Shown here in pieces: positions 20,550 through 27,517 of a stretch of 27,517 nt of DNA (within the stretch, counting starts at the first letter, position 1; the number at the start of each line of letters is the position of its first letter). A model generated the notes under the pieces. It had not been told where the DNA came from. It made no database searches and worked only from the letters and a program-made list of their open reading frames with translations. The stretch spans positions 62,001-89,517 of the forward strand of contig JAXLNO010000520.1 of the NCBI GenBank assembly GCA_038087875.1, in the 5' to 3' direction. Source of the stretch: Malacoraja senta. Lineage: Eukaryota. The translations under genes were made by a program, and so were the position numbers.

Positions 20550-22263
20550 AAACAAGGAACTGCAGATGCTGGTTAACCAAAAGAGGACAAAAAATGCTGG
20601 AGTAACTCAGCGGGTCAGGCAGCATCTCTGGAGGATGTTCAGTTTATTTTATTGTCACGTGTAACGAGGTACAGTGAAAAGCTTTTGTTGCGTGTTATCC
20701 AGTCATGGATATGGAGAAACATAGAAACATAGAAACATAGAAAATAGGTGCAGGAGTAGGCCATTCGGCCCTTCGAGCCTGCACCGCCATTCAATACGAT
20801 CATGGCTGATCATCCAACTCAGTATCCCGTACCTGCCTTCTCTCCATACCCCCTGACCCCTTTAGCCACAAGGGCCACATCTAATTCCCTCTTAAATATA
20901 GCCAATGAACTGGCCTCAACTACCCTCTGTGGCAGAGAGTTCCAGAGATTCACCACTCTCTGTGTGAAAAAGTTTTTCCTCATCTCGGTCTTAAAGGATT
21001 TCCCCCTTATCCTTAAGCTGTGACCCCTTGTCCTGGACTTCCCCAACATCGGGAACAATCTTCCTGCATCTAGCCTGTCCAACCCCATAAGAATTTTGTA
21101 CGTTTCTATAAGATCCCCTCTCAATCTCCTAAATTCTAGCGAGTATAAGCCAAGTCTATCCAGTCTTTCTTCATATGAAAGTCCTGACATCCCAGGAATC
21201 AGTCTGGTGAACCTTCTCTGCACTCCCTCTATGGCTATAATGTCCTTCCTCAGATTTGGAGACCAAAACTGTACGCAATACTCCAGGTGTGGTCTCACCA
21301 AGACCCTGTACAACTGCAGTAGAACCTCCCTGCTCCTATACTCAAATCCTCTTGCTATGAAGGCCAACATACCATTCGCTTTCTTCACTGCCTGCTGCAC
21401 CTGCATGCCTACTTTCAATGACTGGTGTACCATGACACCCAGGTCTCGCTGCATCTCCCCATTTCCTAATCGGCCACCATTTAGATAATAGTCTGCCTTC
21501 CCGTTTTTGCTACCAAACCTCACATTTATCCACATTATACTGCATCTGCCAAACATTTGCCCACTCACCCAACCTATCCAAGTCACCTTGCAGTCTCCTA
21601 GCATCCTCCTCACAGCTAACACTGCCCCCCAGCTTAGTGTCATCCGCAAACTTGGAGATGTTGCTTTCAATTCCCTCGTCCAGATCATTAATATAAATTG
21701 TAAATAGCTGGGGTCCCAGCACTGAGCCTTGTGGTACCCCACTAGTCACTGGCTGCCATTGTGAAAAGGACCCGTTTACTCCTACTCTTTGCTTCCTGTT
21801 TGCCAGCCAGTTCTCTATCCACATCAATACTGAACCCCCAATACCGTGTGATTTAAGTTTGTATCCTAATCTCTTATGTGGTACCTTGTCGAAAGCCTTC
21901 TGAAAGTCCAGATACAACACATCCACTGGTTCTCCCCTATCCACTCTACTAGTTACATCCTCGAAAAATTCTATAAGATTCGTCAGACACGATTTACCTT
22001 TCGTAAATCCATGCTGACTTTGTCCAATGATTTCACCACTTTCCAAATGTGCTGCTATCCCATCTTTAATAACTGACTCTAGCAGTTTCCCCACTACCGA
22101 TGTTAGACTAACTGGTCTGTAATTCCCCGTTTTCTCTCTCCCTCCCTTCTTAAAAAGTGCGGTTACGTTTGCTACCCTCCAATCCTCAGGAACTACTCCA
22201 GAATCTAAAGAGTTTTGAACATGGATAGGTGACGTTTTGGGTTGGGACCCTTCTTCCGACTGA
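20550..22263. mobile_element. Second fragmented Penelope-derived element (20550-20635, 22218-22263) with a short LINE tail (about 20636-20704) and CR1 inserted
   Basis: GGAACTGCAGATGCTGG..AAAATGCTGGAGTAACTCAGCGGGTCAGGCAGCATC resumes as AACATGGATAGGTGACGTTTTGGG after the CR1. Confidence 0.65.
20716..22218 (-). mobile_element. 5'-truncated CR1 (HER1-like) LINE with a nearly intact RT
   Basis: ORFs 21510..22094 and 20819..21742 are joined by one small deletion near 21515; (TTTCTATG)n tail. Confidence 0.95.
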
Positions 22264-22274
22264 AATAATGATTT

Positions 22275-22547
22275 GGTTTAGTTTAGGGGCAGAGCATGGA
22301 AACTGGCCCTTTGGACTACTGAGTCCGTGCCTACCATCGATAACGTGTTCACACTGCTTCTGTATTATCCCACCTTCTCACGCACTCTCTACACATTGAG
22401 GGTAATTTACAGAGGCCAATTAACCTACATACTGACACATTTTTGTGATGTGGGAGGAAACCTGACTACCTGGAGGAAACCCACTGGGAAAATGTCAGGA
22501 TCAAATCTGGGTCTCTGGTGTTGAGAGGCAGCAGATTTATCAGCTGT
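22275..22547 (-). mobile_element. Decayed V-SINE (HE1-related)
   Basis: Reverse complement of the CTAAA tail, AAGGGCCAGTTTCC, GTAGGTTAATTGGCC and a degenerate B box. Confidence 0.65.
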
Positions 22548-22876
22548 AAAGAAGCAATGGATGGATGCCTGGAACTTTACCTGCATGGATATGGCTAAAT
22601 GCACTGTCAATTATCCAAAATTCATTCCATACTGTAGGAGTCACCGATATGAAGATATGTTATATTTTCTTAATGGCCAATGGTTCTTTATTGTCACATG
22701 TACAGACATATGCCCCTGTCCCACTTCGGAAACCTGAACGGAAACCTCTGGAGGCCTTGCGCCCCAACCAAGGTTTCCATGAGTCGCCAGAGGTTTTGGT
22801 CACTTGCCTGGAAAGCCTCGACCGAAGCTTGAGCTGCATCTACTGACCAAAGATCCAACAGGATGCGTACCGACCG

Positions 22877-22909
22877 CACACACACACACACACACAGACA
22901 CACACACAG

Positions 22910-22982
<73 letters not shown>
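22877..22982. repeat. (CA)n microsatellite
   Basis: About 50 CA units with a few interruptions. Confidence 0.98.
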
Positions 22983-22983
<1 letters not shown>

Positions 22984-23084
22984 CGCAAAGGTGGGGGCCA
23001 GAGACAGCGGAGGAGCGCTGTCTGCGTGATGAAGAGGAAGGTAAACGGCTGCCACAGAGCACGGTAAGTCCTTTAGAGAGCGCG

Positions 23085-23170
23085 GGAGGGAGGGAGAGAA
23101 GGGGAAAGAAGGGGAGAGAAGGACAGAGAAGGGTAGAGAGAAGGGGAGAGAGAAGGGGAGAGAGAAGGGG
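23085..23170. repeat. Purine-rich (GAGAGAAGGG)n low-complexity tract
   Basis: Repeated AGAGAAGGGG units. Confidence 0.85.
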
Positions 23171-23997
23171 TGTAAACAGGCACCTGAGACAGTGTATGAT
23201 TTAAACACATCTTTAATCAGCACTGTAACTTGGCAGCGTTTATAGACAACAAGTTGTCAGAACATCCTAGCTGCTCAGACTGACGGTGCTGGGAATAAGC
23301 GTTAGTATAAATGTTATAGTAGGTGGAGTTAGTGATGCTGGCTATGTGCGATTGGTTTGAGTATAGGAGCAGGGAGGTTCTAATGCAGTTGTACAGGGTC
23401 TTGGAGAGACCACACCTGGAGTATTGCGTACAGTTTTGGTCTCCTAATCTGAGGAAGGACATTCTTGCCATAGAGGGAGTACAGAGAAGGTTCACCAGAC
23501 TGATTCCTGGGATGTCAGGACTTTCATATGAAGAAAGACTGGATAGACTCGGCTTGTACTCGCTAGAATTTAGAAGATTGAGGGGGGTTCTTATAGAAAC
23601 TTACAAAATTCTTAAGGGGTTGGACACGCTAGATGCAGGAAGATGGTTCCCGATGTTGGGGAAGTCCAGAACAAGGGGTCATAGTTTAAAGATAAAGGGG
23701 AAATCTTTTAGGACTGAGATGAGAAAAACATTTTTTACACAGAGAGTGGTGAATCTCTGGAATTCTCTACCATAGAAGGTAGTTGAGGTCAGTTCATTGG
23801 CTATATTTAAGAGGGAGTTAGATGTGGCCCTTGTGGCTAAAGGGATCAGGGGGTATGGAGAGAAGGCAGGTACAGGATACTGAGTTGGATGATCAGCCAT
23901 GATCATATTGAATGGCGGTGCTGGCTCGAAGGGCCGAATGGCCTACTCCTGCACCTATTTTCTATGTTTCTATGTTCACATGCATCAACAATCTACA
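23171..23997 (-). repeat. 3' LTR (about 208 bp: 23171-23357 plus 23977-23997) split by CR1
   Basis: TGTAAACAGG start and CAATCTACA end. Shares CATCTTTAATC, GTTAGTGATGCT and GATTGGTT blocks with 8525-8738. Confidence 0.85.
23356..23976 (+). mobile_element. 5'-truncated CR1 (HER1-like) LINE inside the Gypsy LTR
   Basis: RPHLEYCVQFWSP...WNSLP and a TTTCTATG tail. Confidence 0.95.
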
Positions 23998-24029
23998 TCC
24001 TTCCCCCTAAAGATTAAATGTGGAAAGGA

Positions 24030-27000
24030 AGTGTATTAAACATACTCGCCATATCTGTCTAGTGGTCTACTAACACGGCCCGAGCGCGTGCGGACCCAAG
24101 CATCCCCTCCCTCACCTGAAGGATTGGACGGAGAGGCTGGAGGTGAAAATTGCACGGGAGAGACTTGTGGTGGAAACTTGTTGAGGGGAATCATGCGGTA
24201 GGTGTAACCCCGTGGTTAGTGGAGACCGAGGGACATGGGGGGGTGCAAGGCATGCGGGGACGGGTGGGAGACATTGCAAAAGGCGTCTGGAACTGGAGCG
24301 GCGGAGCATAGGGATCAGCAGGCGGTGGTCGGGGCTCCTTCACAGCAAGCAGGTGTTGTCGACTTCTCCGGTTCTCCCTCACAATCCACAAGGTACGATC
24401 GCGGCTCATCAGTCGGGCGTACAACAACGCCCAGACGAGAATGTCCAGTTGAAGTTCGTAGACGGACGACCTGGTCCGGCAGTAGAGGCTTGAGTTGTCT
24501 GCTGGATCTGTCGTATGACCGTTTCTGGATGTCGTGCTTCTCTTGGAGACGTTTCTGGATAGTGGCAAGCTTCACTACCCGAGGGATCAGCTGCTGTTGT
24601 GCGATGGGGACCGGAGACCTCGTCACTCTCGACAGCAGACGCTGTTCCGGTGATCCCAAGGTTCCGTCTCTGGCGATGTTTCTGAGATTCAGGAGATCGA
24701 GATAGACGTCTGACTTTGAAATGCGCGCTTCCTCCAGCAAATGCTTGGCGCTTCTGACAGTGCGTTCAGCGAGTCCATTACTCTGTGGATACTCGGGACT
24801 GCTCGTGATGTGCTGGAAGTTCCATCGGTCTGCGAAATGCTTGAACATGCGGCTGGTGAACTGCCGACCAATGTCGGTTCTCAGGACGACAGGAGCGCCA
24901 TAGGCTGAGAAGTGTCTTTTCAGCTTCTTGATGACCATCTCAGACGTGAGGGGGGTCAGTTGGTCGAGTTCAAACCAGTTGGAAATAGAGTCGACCAGAA
25001 CAAGGTAGTGCTTTCCGCAGTATTTGAAAATGTCCGCAGCCAGCGACGACCAAGGCAGTGCTGGTGGAGGTTGTTGCAGAAGGGGTTGCCGCTGCTGATG
25101 AGGCGCAAGATTGTTGCAAGTGGGGCAGGAGGTCTCGGATGTACGTGCCCATTCCGGGCCAGTAGAACAGATCCCGGGCGCGTACTAGTGTGGAGTCGGC
25201 TCCTGGGTGACCGCTGTGTGCCTCTTTGAAGTATTCGTCTCGTAGCGATGAGGGTATCACTACCTTGTGACCCTTAACGACCACACCACCTGAACCACCA
25301 GTTCATCACGGACCAAGAAGAACGGCTGCATCTCTGTGGGCATGTTGGATTGTTTGTCTGGCCAGCCTGTTTTGATGATGGATGAGAGGGTTGAAGCATA
25401 TCGTCAGTGGCAGTGTGCGCAGCCAGGGTGCGCAGTTGCTTACTGGAGATTAGACCGACACCGAGAACCGTGAAATTCTGCCGTTCATGCGGGTGTTGTT
25501 CGCAAGATGCTCGAGGTGCACGAGAGAGTGTGTCAGCGACATGCATGTCCCTACCCTTTGTGTAGGTAATAGAGAAATCGTACCGCTGCAGCTGCATCAT
25601 CATGCGCTGCAAACGAGCTGGAGCAGCATGGATAGGCTTGTTCAGGATTGTCACCAGTGGTTGGTGGTCCATCTCAACTGTGAACGTGTTGCCATAGACG
25701 AAGTCGTGGAATTTGGAGCAGGCAAAGACGACAGCCAGCAGTTCCTTTTCGATTTGGGCGTTATGCTGCTCCGTGTCGGTCATTGTGCGAGAGGCATACG
25801 CGACAGGTAGTAGGGTGCCATCGTCAGATGGTTGCAAGCAGGCTGCGCCGAGCCCGAATTTTGAGGCATCGCAGGTGATGGTCACCGGACGTTTCAGGTC
25901 GAAAAAAGTCAGTGTCGGTGCACTGGTCAGTCTGAATTTTAGAACATCAAAGGCAACCTGGTGTTGCTGGAACCATGACCATGCAGTGTCCTTTTTGGTC
26001 AGCTGCCACAGTGTGGAACTTAGTTCGCTGAGGTTCGGTATGAACTTTCCGAGATAGTTTACCATGCCCAGGAAACGTTGCAGGCCTTTCACGCCTGTGG
26101 GGGCAGGCATTTCTATGATGGCAGTAGTTTTCCTCGGATCGGGTTTGAGGCCATCAGGGGTGAAGATGTGGCCGACGTAGGAGACCACTGGAACCCTGAA
26201 CTTGCACTTGTCAGGATTGAGCTTGAGGTTGATCTTGACAGCACGCTCCAAGATGAGCCTGAGATTGTGGTCGTGTTCTGCTGCATCTTTACCATAGATG
26301 AGGATATCGTCGACAATAATGGCACAAGGCAGATCCTCGAATAATTGCTCCATACTTCTTTGGAAGACTTCACTGGCGGAGTTGATCCCGAATGGCATTC
26401 TCAGAAACTTATATCTGCCGAATGGGATGGCAAATGTGGTGAGGTTTGATGACTGCTTGTCCAGCGGTATCTGCCAGAATGTGTTCTTTGCATCTAGGAC
26501 AGAAAATATGGTGGCCGTTCCGATCCTTGCCGCAACATCCTCGACTGTCTTCATGGGATGGTGTGGGCGCTTAATGGCAGTGTTCAAATCTTTAGGATTG
26601 AAGCACAGGCGGATTTCATTTTTTCCCTTCTTGACTGTGGCAATCATGGTTGAGACCCCCTTCGGTGGGGTCCCTGACTGCTTCATATACGCCTTTGGAG
26701 GCCATGTCCTTCAGCATAGAGTGAACCCTGTCAGTCATGGCAAATGGCAATCGGTGCGGGGGTCGGATGACGTGTGTCACATCGGGGTCAGTAATAATCT
26801 TGTAGGACACAGGCAACTTGCCTAGGTTGTTGTCGAAGAGATCAGGGAATTCATTCAGTGGGTCCAAAGAAATTTGCAGTTTGTGGACAGTTTTGTCAAA
26901 GGAAATTAGCCCCAGTTCCTGACAGGCACGATTGCCAAGCAGAGTAACTGAATTAAAGTTCAACACATAGAAGTTCAATACCCTCGTTGTTTTCTTTAGT

Positions 27001-27330
27001 ACACGTTTCAAGTTGGTTTTGCCCAAGGGAACCAGCACCTCCCCTCCAAAAGCATGTAAAGTGGATTTGTCCTTGATGAGTGGCTCGTTAGCTCTAATCT
27101 TGTTAAAGAGGTTGGTACACAAAAATGCTGGAGAAACTCAGCGGGTGCAGCAGCATCTATCATAGATGCTGCTGCACCCGCTGAGTTTCTCCAGCATTTT
27201 TGTGTACCTTCGATTTTCCAGCATCTGCAGTTCCTTCTTAAACACCTTATTAAAGAGGTTGATTAACATAGTGTTGACCTTCGCCCCGTGTCTAATTTCG
27301 CGCCAAAATCAACATTGTTTACAGATATCG
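24030..27330 (-). pseudogene. Gypsy pol pseudogene (protease, RT, RNase H, integrase) with multiple frameshifts
   Basis: KLDTG (about 27284-27298), LDAKNTFWQI, RMPFGI, IVDD, CDASKFGLGA, DHQPL, H.GH and PQSNGLAERTV motifs. Confidence 0.92.
27114..27245. mobile_element. 132-bp palindromic Penelope-derived insertion in the Gypsy protease
   Basis: 15-bp TSD CTT(G/A)TTAAAGAGGTT at 27099-27113 and 27246-27260. Perfect 47-bp inverted arms plus a 37-bp tail. Confidence 0.85.
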
Positions 27331-27517
27331 TCACTGTTGGATCAGAATTCTTGGCAGCAGCATGCTGTAATGTGTAAACAGTCGGGTCGTCTTGCGTGTT
27401 AATAGGGCTGTATTCGGGGGCAGTTTCGAGCTGGAATTAGGGAGGCAGTGTGTTGCTGTCTCGTTGCAAACAATTGAGATTAGACTTGGGGCTGGGCGCA
27501 TTCTTTCCTCGGGGCCC

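Larger units (their letters stand above)
22712..23170. mobile_element. Left part of a second Harbinger-like non-autonomous element, interrupted by Gypsy
   Basis: Terminus GCCCCTGTCCCACTT resembles the TIR at 1162/6940. The other end is not in the window. Confidence 0.5.
23171..27517 (-). mobile_element. Ty3/Gypsy (Mag-like) LTR retrotransposon; gag and 5' LTR lie beyond the window end
   Basis: PR-RT-RH-IN domain order, PPT at 23998-24008 and a 3' LTR related to the TRIM LTRs. Confidence 0.93.

Noticed and set aside
18890..20550. Apparently unique sequence with candidate splice acceptors (near 19195, 20026 and 20085) and ORF 18667..19176
   Set aside because: Frames close quickly with no convincing donors, and the ORF is a chimera of LINE tails and flank.
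22694..23223. ORFs with HT or CV dipeptide repeats
   Set aside because: These are translations of the (CA)n microsatellite and the GA-rich tract.
25274..26686. 470-aa ORF as a functional or domesticated gene
   Set aside because: It is the RT-RNase H part of a pol that is frameshifted on both sides and has an insertion in the protease.
24212..26825. Plus-strand ORFs over the Gypsy, and similar antisense ORFs over the LINEs and Tc1
   Set aside because: These are shadow frames of coding sequence on the opposite strand and carry no independent motifs.

Overview
This is a eukaryotic, repeat-saturated intergenic or intronic window. The repeat content points to a cartilaginous fish, probably a skate or ray (inferred from HE1-like V-SINEs, HER1/CR1 LINEs with (TTTCTATG)n tails and palindromic Penelope-derived repeats). 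No host protein-coding gene can be supported; essentially every ORF is a transposon relic or an antisense/microsatellite artefact. Two multi-level nests can be rebuilt from TSDs and TIRs. Nest 1 (1128-8300): old Rex/Babar > Harbinger-like element > [Tc1 DD34E > Rex/Babar] + [Vingi-like LINE > hAT-like MITE]. Nest 2 (10505-14800): a Penelope-derived palindrome hit by Rex/Babar, HE1 and Tx1(>CR1). The window also holds CR1 copies, an I/Nimb-like LINE with RNase H, a Mag-like Gypsy element and a probable solo LTR. The standout is a 176-bp TSD-flanked retroposon (15785-15960). Its first 54 nt fold into a minimal HDV/CPEB3-like self-cleaving ribozyme, and its 3' end matches the tail of the Vingi-like LINE in the same window. 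The second highlight is a 970-bp TRIM-like LTR element (8525-9494) carrying gag and RT fragments in antisense orientation. All family assignments and mismatch counts are by eye; no database searches were run.
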